This document shows positions 19,543 to 27,842 of a stretch of 45,004 bases of DNA, one piece after another; within the stretch, counting starts at the first letter, position 1; each line of letters starts with the position of its first letter. This DNA is from a virus (Duplodnaviria > Caudoviricetes): positions 1 to 45,004 of the IMG/VR virus record IMGVR_UViG_3300014201_000011, one strand, 5' to 3'. The notes under the pieces are model-generated. The model saw nothing but the letters and a program-made list of their open reading frames with translations. It did no database searches and was not told the origin of the DNA. Position numbers and translations under genes: made by a program.

Positions 19543-20186
19543 GCGACGACCCCGACGAGGTCGACCGCGGCGCGCTCGCGGCGACGTTCCCGGCCTGGGA
19601 CGCGCCGCCCGCGGACCGGGACGAGCCGCGCGACGTCGTCGGCGAGGTCGCCGCGCGGACGAGAGACGAGGACGCCGACTCGTGGCTGAACGAGCTGGTG
19701 GACCGGCATGCCGAGCGTACGTTCCTGAAGGCGTTCCCGGGGCGGACCGACGTCTCGCCGTACGACCGCGTGGCGTGCGGGATGATCGTCGTCGAGCTGC
19801 AGGAGCAGGCGAGTCGCGACCCGCGGTTCCTCGGCGAGCCGCAGAGAACGCTCGACCGCCGGCTGCACTACGTCGAGCACCTTAACCGCGATAATGAGCG
19901 CGCCGCGCGCGCACACGCGCAGTCGGTCGGCGAGAAGGCCGAGCACGTCCGGCGCGCGACGCAGACGCGCGAACATCGCTGCCACTGGCCGGGCTGTACG
20001 CGCCAGTGCAAGCCGGCGATGTGGGGTTGTTTCGCTCACTGGAGGGCGCTGCCGCAGCATCTCCGGGACAAGATCTGGCGCTCGTACCGCGTCGGCCAGG
20101 AGGTCACGCGGACGCCGTCGCGCGAGTACCTCGCGGTCGCGGACGAGGTCGACGCGTGGATCCGCGAGCGCGGAGGTGGACGGTGA
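19539..20186 (+). CDS. protein with C-terminal phage Zn-finger domain
   Basis: HRCHWPGC...WGCFAHWRALP...KIWRSY. Confidence 0.65.
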   Translation: MSDDPDEVDRGALAATFPAWDAPPADRDEPRDVVGEVAARTRDEDADSWLNELVDRHAERTFLKAFPGRTDVSPYDRVACGMIVVELQEQASRDPRFLGEPQRTLDRRLHYVEHLNRDNERAARAHAQSVGEKAEHVRRATQTREHRCHWPGCTRQCKPAMWGCFAHWRALPQHLRDKIWRSYRVGQEVTRTPSREYLAVADEVDAWIRERGGGR

Positions 20187-20307
20187 GGGTCGTCGAGGCG
20201 ACTCCAAGAAGTTCGACTCCATCAAGGAGGCGCGAGTGCCGCCCGGTCGGCGCCGCGGCCGAGGTTCCGTACGCCATCGTCGTGTCCGACCGTGCTAGGA
20301 AGCCCGG

Positions 20308-20553
20308 ATGAGCCCGTACGAAGAGTCCTGGCCCGGCGCGCTCGACGCCGCGACCTCCGCGCCCGAGGCCCGCTCGCTCGACGGCGACGCGACGCACGAG
20401 TGGGCGACGGAGCACCGCGGCGTCGCGTCGCCGTGGGAGTTCTGCCGTCGGTGCGGCGTCGTCCGCCGCTCGGACCGGATGCACCGGCCGTGCACTGGCC
20501 GAACGCCGCCTATCTCGGGCCGCGCGCATCGCTGCAACGGCGGCCGGCCATGA
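20308..20553 (+). CDS. small Cys/His protein
   Basis: HEW...CRRCGVVR...PC. Confidence 0.5.
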   Translation: MSPYEESWPGALDAATSAPEARSLDGDATHEWATEHRGVASPWEFCRRCGVVRRSDRMHRPCTGRTPPISGRAHRCNGGRP

Positions 20554-21032
20554 TTTTCCTCGAGCTGCTCGTCGTGCTCCTCTCCTGCCTCGTGCCGTCG
20601 GTCGGCGCGGACCTCCGCCGCTTCGACCCGGCCGACCTGCCGAGCGACGAGGCCGCCGCCGAGCACGTCTGGTCCGCGCGCGTCGCCGCGGCCGCGACCG
20701 GGCTCGACCCGACCGAGGTCCTCGCGGTCGCCTGGCACGAGTCGCGGTTCACGAGCAACGTCGACGCGCCGGACGGCGGCGCGCGCGGGTGCGGCGTGAT
20801 GACGCCGACTCCGACGCCGCGGTGCGTGCGAAAGCCGCTCGTCGCGCAGTACCTCGACGGCGCGACGCACCTGCGCGGCTGGTACGACGCGGTCCCGGGC
20901 CGGTGGGCCGCGTTCGCCGGGCTCGCGGGCGGGTACGCCCTTATCCAGGCGTGCGTCGAGGGACGCGGGCCGGAGCGCGGCTGCCGCTACGCGCTGGCCA
21001 TCGACGACATCATGCGGAGGATCCGACGATGA
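20550..21032 (+). CDS. secreted SLT-like lytic transglycosylase
   Basis: N-terminal hydrophobic signal; LDP..VLAVAWHESRF catalytic Glu; GCGVM resembles the GLMQ motif. Confidence 0.6.
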   Translation: MIFLELLVVLLSCLVPSVGADLRRFDPADLPSDEAAAEHVWSARVAAAATGLDPTEVLAVAWHESRFTSNVDAPDGGARGCGVMTPTPTPRCVRKPLVAQYLDGATHLRGWYDAVPGRWAAFAGLAGGYALIQACVEGRGPERGCRYALAIDDIMRRIRR

Positions 21033-21306
21033 GCAGCGACAACGTGGTCCGGCGGACGACGCCGGCGCCGTGCGTATGCACGCCGGAGGCGCCTTGACCG
21101 GCGGCGAGCGCGCGATGCGACTCGCGGCCATCCGTGCGCGCGCGAAGGTCCTCCGGTCGCGCATCCAGCGGTCCGTCGCCGCGCGGCGGCGCTGGGAGGA
21201 GCGACAGCGCGAGCTCGGGCTCGCGGACGAAGAGGAAACGGTCGACGGCGCGCCGGACGCGCTGCTCGACGGACTGCCGGAGAACATCTAGACCAAGGAG
21301 ACTGCG

Positions 21307-21747
21307 ATGCGAGACGTGAAGGCAGCGACGCTGGACAGCGACATCGAGGCCGCCGACGCGGCGGAGGCATGGGAGGCGATCCGGAACCTGGAGCCCGGCG
21401 AGGAGCAGCGCCGGCGGCTCCGGGCGTACCACCACCGCGCGCTCGACCGGCTGCGGGCGCGCGTCCCGATGGACACGACGGGCGACCTCGTCGCGATTCT
21501 CGGCGACAAGGAGCAGATCCTCGGCGGGCTCGAGGACCACGGATGGGCGCGCATGCGCTCGGACTCCTACGTCCGGGCCGTCATCGCGGCCGCGGCCGTC
21601 GTCGCGTACATGGACGAGCTCGACCGCCGCGAGGGCCTTCGGGACGAACGCCTCCGCAGGCTCGAGGGCCAGGTCGACTCGCTCCTCGAGTCGCTCAAGC
21701 TCGTCGCCCTGGAGGTCGCGCAGCAGAAGGGAGTGCTCCCCCGATGA
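21307..21747 (+). CDS. hypothetical protein
   Basis: AAGGAG RBS. Confidence 0.65.
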   Translation: MRDVKAATLDSDIEAADAAEAWEAIRNLEPGEEQRRRLRAYHHRALDRLRARVPMDTTGDLVAILGDKEQILGGLEDHGWARMRSDSYVRAVIAAAAVVAYMDELDRREGLRDERLRRLEGQVDSLLESLKLVALEVAQQKGVLPR

Positions 21748-22319
21748 AGGTCGTCGACGCCAGCAGCTCCGCCGAGGACGCGAAGGCCGCCGCCCGGGCC
21801 GTCCTCGACAACAACGAGGGTGCGCTCCGGACCACGCTCAACGCGCAACGGCATCCGGCCATCGACCTCGTCCGCCGCGAGGCGCCCTATGCGCGGACGA
21901 GCGACCTCATCGTGTACTTCAACAATCCGGAGGCGTTCGCCCATCGGATGGTCAAGACCTTCGGCCTCGCCGGCGAGCCACAGGACACGGTCACCATGAC
22001 GATCGGCGCGATGGCCCTCGTCCTCTCCGACGAGCTCGACGCGCGGATCCCGCCGCGCCGGCGTCCCGGCGACGAGGCCGAAGCCGCCCCACGGGCCGCC
22101 GAGACGCGCGAGGCGCGCGCCGCGGAGGACGGCGCCGTCCCGGTCGCCGAGCGCGTCCCGCTCGACGGCCCGGACGGCGTCGTCCGGCTGTCCGTGCGCG
22201 CGCGCGAGTGGATCGTCGCCTACGGCTACCGGGTTCCGAACGACTTCGTCGGGCTCGTCACGGCCATGGCGAACCGGCTCGACGACATGGCGGCGGAGCT
22301 GCGGCGGTGGCGGCCGTGA
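21744..22319 (+). CDS. hypothetical protein
   Basis: ATGA overlap, codon bias. Confidence 0.6.
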   Translation: MKVVDASSSAEDAKAAARAVLDNNEGALRTTLNAQRHPAIDLVRREAPYARTSDLIVYFNNPEAFAHRMVKTFGLAGEPQDTVTMTIGAMALVLSDELDARIPPRRRPGDEAEAAPRAAETREARAAEDGAVPVAERVPLDGPDGVVRLSVRAREWIVAYGYRVPNDFVGLVTAMANRLDDMAAELRRWRP

Positions 22320-22756
22320 GCCTGTCGCGCGTCTACTTCGCGCACCCGGTCGGCGACGACGTCCTCGGCAACCTCGAGAACGGCGCGGTGTGGCTGGAGT
22401 GGCTGATGCTCCGCGAGCCGGACGTGTGCTTCGTCGCGCCCTGGTTCGCGTACGCGCACGCCTTCCTCGCCGGTATCGGGCGGCTGCCGCGCGCGCGGAT
22501 CATGCGCGACAACGTCGAGCTCGCCCGGACGTGCGACGGCGGCATCGTCCTCTGCGGCCAGACGGTCTCGGACGGGATGCGCGATGAGATGCGCGCGGCG
22601 CCCGGCCCGGTCGCCGACCTCGTCGGCATCGGCCGGCTCCCGCCGGACGACGTCAGCCTCGCACGCGTCCTCGCCGACGCCGGCGCGACGGGCGTCCTCG
22701 GATGGGGGCTCCGGCGCGGCGCGAGCCTCTATCCCGTGCGCGCCGCGGACCGCTGA
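22316..22756 (+). CDS. nucleoside 2-deoxyribosyltransferase-like (DUF4406-like) protein
   Basis: RVYFAHP, APW, ELARTCDGGIVLCG..SDGMRDE. Confidence 0.55.
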   Translation: MSLSRVYFAHPVGDDVLGNLENGAVWLEWLMLREPDVCFVAPWFAYAHAFLAGIGRLPRARIMRDNVELARTCDGGIVLCGQTVSDGMRDEMRAAPGPVADLVGIGRLPPDDVSLARVLADAGATGVLGWGLRRGASLYPVRAADR

Positions 22757-22783
22757 GCTGATAGGCTACGAGGAGGTCGGACG

Positions 22784-23248
22784 ATGGACCGGAGACAGCA
22801 CGGACGGTGTCGGGTCTGCCGCCGCGTGTTCGCGTACCGGCACGGCTGGGACGCGGAGGACGTGGAGCTCGACGTCGCGACCTGCTGGACGCATACGTAC
22901 GCGAACGTCGTCCGCGTCCGGGCCGAGCGTGCGGCCGAGGGCCATGGCCGCGACTGGCAGGATGCCGAGCGCGTCGTCGATCGGGTCTGGGCACGGCGCG
23001 GGCACACGCGCCGCACGGTCGGGCGCGACTCATTCGTCGGCGCGGTCGCCGACGCGTTCGCGTACGCGCGTACGTCGCCGCGGTCGATCGAGGACGCCGT
23101 CCGCGACCATATCCTCCGCGTCCCCGGCGTCGTCGCCGTCGACGCGGTCGAGGTCGACGTCCGCCGCGGCCTCGTGAACGTCCGGGTCCGGACGACGGCC
23201 GTCGTCGACGGCGTCACCTTCTCGACCACGGTCGGCGCGGCGGCATGA
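22784..23248 (+). CDS. hypothetical protein
   Basis: GAGGAGG RBS. Confidence 0.55.
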   Translation: MDRRQHGRCRVCRRVFAYRHGWDAEDVELDVATCWTHTYANVVRVRAERAAEGHGRDWQDAERVVDRVWARRGHTRRTVGRDSFVGAVADAFAYARTSPRSIEDAVRDHILRVPGVVAVDAVEVDVRRGLVNVRVRTTAVVDGVTFSTTVGAAA

Positions 23249-23607
23249 CCGGGCCGGCCCGATGTCCGGCCGACGGGTGCTGGCTGGCCGCCGGACATGA
23301 CGGTCCACACCGTGGCGCCGCGCCGCCGGCGGACGACGAGCGCGTCCACGCGATGTGTACCGGGAAGAAGTCCTACCCGAACCAGGCGTACGCGAACATG
23401 GTCGCCGCCGAGGTCGCGCGGCGCGGCGGCCCCGCGCTCCGCTCGTACACGTGCCCACAATGCGGCGCGTTCCATCTCACGAGGGCGGGCGTCGACCCGC
23501 GGCCGGGCTGGCACGATCCGGTGCCGCCCCGCGCCGAGCGGGCCGCGGCCGACCGCCGGTGGTTCCGTCGGACCGGAAGACGAAGGAAGGACAGGTCATG
23601 GCGCTGA
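23245..23607 (+). CDS. Zn-finger protein
   Basis: CWLAAGHDGPH; CTGKKSY...SYTCPQCGAFHLT. Confidence 0.65.
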   Translation: MTGPARCPADGCWLAAGHDGPHRGAAPPADDERVHAMCTGKKSYPNQAYANMVAAEVARRGGPALRSYTCPQCGAFHLTRAGVDPRPGWHDPVPPRAERAAADRRWFRRTGRRRKDRSWR

Positions 23608-23822
23608 TCGGACTCATCCGGGGCGAGGCCCCGCCCGCGGTCATCCCGCTCCCCTCGCGCGAGGCGCTCCTCGCCGCCGCGATGCCGTTCGAGGCCCACG
23701 GCGTCTCGCAGGTCCGCCGCGCGAACGGCGTCTACGCGGTCGGCATGGTGACCGTTCGTTTCGAGACGATGGAGGCGATGCTCGCCTGGCGGAACGCCGG
23801 CCAGCACGAGCTCTGGCGATGA
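23598..23822 (+). CDS. hypothetical protein
   Basis: AAGGA RBS, codon bias. Confidence 0.5.
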   Translation: MALIGLIRGEAPPAVIPLPSREALLAAAMPFEAHGVSQVRRANGVYAVGMVTVRFETMEAMLAWRNAGQHELWR

Positions 23823-24340
23823 GGCCGTCGGACGACGAGGAGCGGAACGAGCACGGCGTGCTCCTCCGCGACTGCTACTGCACGCCGATGTGGTTCACGG
23901 AGCTGCTCCCCGAGGTCGACCTCGACCCGTGCTCGAACCCGCGGAGCCATATCCGCGCGCGCCGGACGTACATGGTCGAACGCGGCGAGGACGGGCTCCG
24001 GATGCCGTGGATCGGCTCGGTCTGGCTGAACGTCCCGTACTCCGACCCGAACCCGTGGGGCTCGAGGCTCTACGACGAGTTCGCCGCCGGCCGCGTGACC
24101 GACGTCGGGATCATCTGTAACGTCGACAGCTCGACCTATTGGTGGCGGGCCTTCACGTTCGTCGCCCGGCACCAGCTCGCGCTCTGGCGCCGCGTCCCGT
24201 TCGAGGCGCCGCCCGGCGTCGACCTCGCCGGCTCGCACGTCGCCCAGCGGCCGCAGTGCCTCCTCGCGACGCCCGGGTTCCGCGCGGCGTGCGACCCGCG
24301 GCTGGACGCGCACGGCGCGTGGTGGGAGCGGCGGCCGTGA
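23819..24340 (+). CDS. phage Dam-like DNA N6-adenine methyltransferase
   Basis: TP.WF, DLDPCS, EDGL..PW.G.VWLNVPYS (NPPY variant). Confidence 0.75.
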   Translation: MRPSDDEERNEHGVLLRDCYCTPMWFTELLPEVDLDPCSNPRSHIRARRTYMVERGEDGLRMPWIGSVWLNVPYSDPNPWGSRLYDEFAAGRVTDVGIICNVDSSTYWWRAFTFVARHQLALWRRVPFEAPPGVDLAGSHVAQRPQCLLATPGFRAACDPRLDAHGAWWERRP

Positions 24341-24540
24341 TCGGGCCGACCGCCGGGACCGCCGGGAAGTTCGACGACGTCGTCGTCGTGGCGATGCCGT
24401 ACTCCATTACCTCTCGACGACGGCGACGACGGCCGGTCCGAACCGCAACGTCCCCGACCTCGCCCTCGTTCTCGCACGCGAGGCGCGGGCCCTCAGGAAG
24501 CCCTCGCGTCGCGCGGCGCCGGCGCGCTACCATGGGCCGG

Positions 24541-24660
24541 ATGTCCCGCCGCCGTCTCGTCCCTTCCGATGCGTCGTGGGAGCTGGCGATGTTCCTCGCC
24601 TCCATCTTCCTCCTGGCCGCGCTCGCGGTCGTCTGCGTCCTGGTCGCGAGGTCCGGATAG
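24541..24660 (+). CDS. small single-TM peptide (39 aa)
   Basis: TACCAT-N7-ATG; hydrophobic helix. Confidence 0.45.
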   Translation: MSRRRLVPSDASWELAMFLASIFLLAALAVVCVLVARSG

Positions 24661-24694
24661 TGTCGACCGCGGCCCGGAAGCGGAAGGCCGGCCC

Positions 24695-24805
24695 GTGAGG
24701 ACGCTTGTGGACCTCGCGGTCGCGGTCGTCGCGTCCGCGCTCGCCGCCCTGTTCGCGGTCGCGGCCTGCGTCTACGCGTTCGGATGGCTGTTCGGACTCT
24801 GGTAG
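24695..24805 (+). CDS. small hydrophobic peptide (36 aa)
   Basis: Hydrophobic helix. Confidence 0.4.
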   Translation: MRTLVDLAVAVVASALAALFAVAACVYAFGWLFGLW

Positions 24806-24831
24806 AGTGGTCGGGCCCCGGGAGGTGTCCA

Positions 24832-25080
24832 GTGTCGCCGATCCGTCTCACGCGCAGGCAGCTCGTCCACAACGAGGCCGTCGTCCTCGGCGAGGTCACC
24901 GCCGGCAACGCGCGCCAGGTCACCATCGCGGCCGCCGTCGGGCGGTTCCTCGACATCCCGCGCGGCAAGGACCCTCACCGCGCGGTCGGCGAGGCCCTCC
25001 GCCGGCTCGCGCGATGCGGGAAGATCCGGAAGCGGGTCGGCCGGCACGGCTGGGAGCCCCGCGGCCGGAAGGCGTCGTAG
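24832..25080 (+). CDS. small winged-helix-like protein
   Basis: GGAGG RBS; AVGEALRRLARCGKIR...W. Confidence 0.55.
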   Translation: MSPIRLTRRQLVHNEAVVLGEVTAGNARQVTIAAAVGRFLDIPRGKDPHRAVGEALRRLARCGKIRKRVGRHGWEPRGRKAS

Positions 25081-25084
25081 GCTC

Positions 25085-26506
25085 ATGCTGCCCGGACCCG
25101 ACCGCGTCGCCCGCGCCCTCAAGCGCGCCGGAAGCGTCAAGGCGGCCGCCCGCGAGCTCGGCGTCGCCCGCAAGACGCTTGCGCGCTTCGTCGCGAAGCA
25201 CGGGCTCGTCAACCCGTACACGAAGTCCGCGCCGCGTCCTCGAGGCGCGACACGGCCGCGGACCGAGCCGGCGCCGTACATCTCGGCCGCCGCGCGCCGC
25301 GCGGACGCCGAGCGGGACGCGCTCGACACGCTCGTCCGGTCGAAGGTCGAGGCGGTCGTCGGACGGATCACCGAGCGGCTCGTGGCCGAGCTGCGGGGTC
25401 GCCTCGACGGCGTCCTCGACGACGCGCTGGCCTCGCTCGTGTCGCGCGTCGACGGCGCGCCCGCCCCCGCCCTCCCCGCCCCGCCCATGGCGGTACAGGC
25501 CCCGCAGCCGCGGCCGCCCGGCCCGAATGGCGTCACGACGTGCTCGCGCTGCGGGTTCGTCGGCGGGAACGCGCGCGGGTGCGGGAAGCCGACCGGACAC
25601 GCGACCCAGGGCGCGCAGGCGTCCCCGCGCTCGCCCGCGTCGCCCGCTGCGGCTGCGACGCCGGACGGCGACGACGACGAGGACCCTCTCCCAACGCGGG
25701 CCGTCCTCGACGGAAAGGGCCGGATGTCGCGCGCGGACACGGTCGCGCTCGTCCGGGCCGCCCGCTCGACGAATCCGCGCCGCGCCGCGTACGCTCTCGA
25801 CATCCTCGTCCGCAGGAACATCGGTCTGGTCCACGCGTTCGCGCGCAAGATAAAGTGGGCCCCGGTCCCCTACGAGGACCTCGTCCAGGAGGGGACGATC
25901 GGCCTCATCCGCGGGCTTCGGGAGTTCGACGTCGGACGCGACACGGCGCTGTCGACGTATGTCGTCTGGTGGATCCGCCACCACATCTGCCGGTGCATCG
26001 AGAACACCGGCGAGGCCATCCGGCTCCCCGCGCGCTACGGCCACATCCGCTCGCGGCTCTACCGGGCCCAGCAGGCGCTCGGCGCCGGCGCGTCGCCCGA
26101 GGACCTCGCCGCGTACGCGAAGGTCGGCGTCAACGACGTCCGCCGCCTCCTCGCGCGCGGCCGGGTCGACGTGAGCCTGGACGCGCCGCGCTCGGGGCCG
26201 GACGGCGAGCTCGCGTCCCTCCACGAGACGATCCCCGCGGAGGACCCGGACGCCGAGGACCGGGCCGACACGGAGGACCGCCGCGCGCAGATCGAGGCCG
26301 CGCTCGCGAAGCTTCCCAAGCGCGAACGCGACGTCATCCGCCTCCGCTACCTCGGCGAGGACGGCCTGACCCTCAAGCAGGTCGGCCAGCGGCTCGGACG
26401 GTTCCGATGGGGCGGCGAGATGCGCGCCGGGCTCTCCCGCGAGCGGATCCGGCAGATCGAACGGGACGCCCTCGATCACCTGCGCGCCGCGATGCTCGGG
26501 AACTAG
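25085..26506 (+). CDS. phage-encoded sigma-70 family (RpoD/RpoS-like) factor with N-terminal Fis-like HTH and Zn knuckle
   Basis: Region 2 EDLVQEGTIGLIRG..EFD, STYVVWWIR; IRLP; SLDAP; region 4 LPKRERDVIRLRY..TLKQVG..SRERIRQIE. Confidence 0.9.
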   Translation: MLPGPDRVARALKRAGSVKAAARELGVARKTLARFVAKHGLVNPYTKSAPRPRGATRPRTEPAPYISAAARRADAERDALDTLVRSKVEAVVGRITERLVAELRGRLDGVLDDALASLVSRVDGAPAPALPAPPMAVQAPQPRPPGPNGVTTCSRCGFVGGNARGCGKPTGHATQGAQASPRSPASPAAAATPDGDDDEDPLPTRAVLDGKGRMSRADTVALVRAARSTNPRRAAYALDILVRRNIGLVHAFARKIKWAPVPYEDLVQEGTIGLIRGLREFDVGRDTALSTYVVWWIRHHICRCIENTGEAIRLPARYGHIRSRLYRAQQALGAGASPEDLAAYAKVGVNDVRRLLARGRVDVSLDAPRSGPDGELASLHETIPAEDPDAEDRADTEDRRAQIEAALAKLPKRERDVIRLRYLGEDGLTLKQVGQRLGRFRWGGEMRAGLSRERIRQIERDALDHLRAAMLGN

Positions 26507-26532
26507 CGCGAGCGACGCTTCGCGTCGCGTCC

Positions 26533-26560
26533 CGGACCGACGTCAACGTCTTCTGCGAAT
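26533..26560 (+). repeat. 28-bp exact copy of terL 5' coding sequence (27921-27948)
   Basis: CGGACCGACGTCAACGTCTTCTGCGAAT at both sites. Confidence 0.95.
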
Positions 26561-26600
26561 AGGTTGACCCCGCACCGTCCTGCAAGACGGCCGGGGTCAT

Positions 26601-26676
26601 GGTCCCGTAGCTCAACTGGAAAGAGCGCCACCGTGCTAAGGGGAAGACGCAGGTCCGAGTCCTGCCGGGACCACCA
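26601..26676 (+). tRNA. atypical tRNA, anticodon GCU, Arg-like body (possibly pseudo-tRNA)
   Basis: GGTCCCG/CGGGACC acceptor, GCTC/GAGC D stem, GCAGG/CCTGC T stem, encoded CCA; two anticodon-stem mismatches; T loop TCCGAGT. Confidence 0.75.
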
Positions 26677-26847
26677 CAAATTATCACGCGACGATCGCGT
26701 GGCTACAGCAAGTTGCGCGACAGTCCGTCGCGTGATCCTAAGGCTGCAATACGAATAGTTATTATGTTTGCGTACCGCAGCGTTGGCGACGGACCGGCTC
26801 GCGAACGGGGCGCACCCCGACGTCGTACGGGTTCCCAAGGCCGGCGC

Positions 26848-27035
26848 GGGGACGTGGCTGTGGACCCGCGACCGGGCACGCCAAGCGGGCATCGAAGGGG
26901 CGACGTCCCCTGTGTCCCCGAGTGTCCCCGACTCCCCCGGGGACACCGCCGCCCTGGTGTCCCCGTCCCCCTATAGGGGGACACCAAGGGCGGGCACCCC
27001 AGGCGAGCATCCCAAGACATCGAACGCGGGGACAC
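26848..27035. repeat. GTGTCCCC/GGGGACAC array with 18-bp palindrome
   Basis: Octamers at 26912, 26922, 26939, 26957, 26977, 27028; GTCCCCCTATAGGGGGAC at 26965-26982. Confidence 0.85.
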
Positions 27036-27086
27036 CGCGCCGAACGCTCCGCCCCGAGCCCGAGCTCCATGGCGAAGCCTGACGCG

Positions 27087-27154
27087 CTCCACAGCGATAC
27101 TCCGCTTCCTCCACAGCGATACTCCGTCTTTCGTGCCTCCATAGCCATTCTCCG
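27087..27154 (+). repeat. three 18-bp direct repeats CTCCACAGCGATACTCCG
   Basis: Exact at 27087 and 27109; 15/18 match at 27137. Confidence 0.85.
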
Positions 27155-27218
27155 TTTCGACAGCTCGGCACCAATTCGCGGTTCTGGCAGCTCCCGGCCC
27201 CGTGGTAGATTCGGACGC

Positions 27219-27833
27219 ATGGCCGCGGACGACGGCAGCAGCGACGAACCGGAACGCCCGAGGCCCAAGCCGCACCCGACGCCCATCCGACGGAAGCGCG
27301 AGGCCTTCGAGATGACCGAGCGCCGCGCGCAGTGGATCATCACGCAGTGGATCCGCGACCCGATGCTGCTGCCGGCCGAGATGAAGCGCCTTGTCCGCCA
27401 GCACTTCGCGTGCGGCATCCAGGCCGCCGACCGCGCCCACCAGCTCGCCGTCGACATCCGCAACGAGCAGTTCGTCGGCGTCACCCGCGAGGCGCTGCTC
27501 CTCCTCTGGATGGACCTCCTCGACCGGACGCGTCAGGGCCCCAACCGCAACCACGAGCGGCTCGTCCTCGAGTGCATCTCGCAGTTCACCGGACACGCCG
27601 CGCCGAAGAAGGTCGCCATCGCCGTCGCCGACATGACCCCGGGCGGCGCGGGCGACCTCGCCGGCCTCGCGGACGGCGACCTCGACGCCGCCTGCCAGTT
27701 CCAGGACGGCATCCTCGAGCGTGTCGCCGAGCGCGCCCTCGGGCTCCCGACCGGGCGTGCGATCGTCGACACGACCTCGACGCCCGCCGCCGCGCCGCCG
27801 GCGAACGCGACGCCGCCCGTCAAGCCGCGCTAG
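27219..27833 (+). CDS. putative terminase small subunit
   Basis: Directly upstream of terL; helical; TGG-TAGATT-N7-ATG. Call is positional. Confidence 0.55.
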   Translation: MAADDGSSDEPERPRPKPHPTPIRRKREAFEMTERRAQWIITQWIRDPMLLPAEMKRLVRQHFACGIQAADRAHQLAVDIRNEQFVGVTREALLLLWMDLLDRTRQGPNRNHERLVLECISQFTGHAAPKKVAIAVADMTPGGAGDLAGLADGDLDAACQFQDGILERVAERALGLPTGRAIVDTTSTPAAAPPANATPPVKPR

Positions 27834-27842
27834 GCTCGTCGG

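Noticed and set aside
20183-20300. KKFDSIKEAR peptide suggestive of a nuclease fragment
   Set aside because: It is about ten residues with no credible start or domain context.
26564-26600. TTGACC as the tRNA promoter -35 box
   Set aside because: No acceptable -10 hexamer lies at 16-18 nt spacing.
26633-26640. Amber-suppressor (CUA) reading of the tRNA, implying TAG recoding
   Set aside because: The cloverleaf register puts GCU at 34-36 after U33, and TAG behaves as a normal stop at many gene ends.
26848-27154. CRISPR or mini-array, given the Cas4-like nuclease
   Set aside because: Repeats are 8-18 bp with short irregular spacing. The nuclease sits in a standard Sak4/SSB recombination module.
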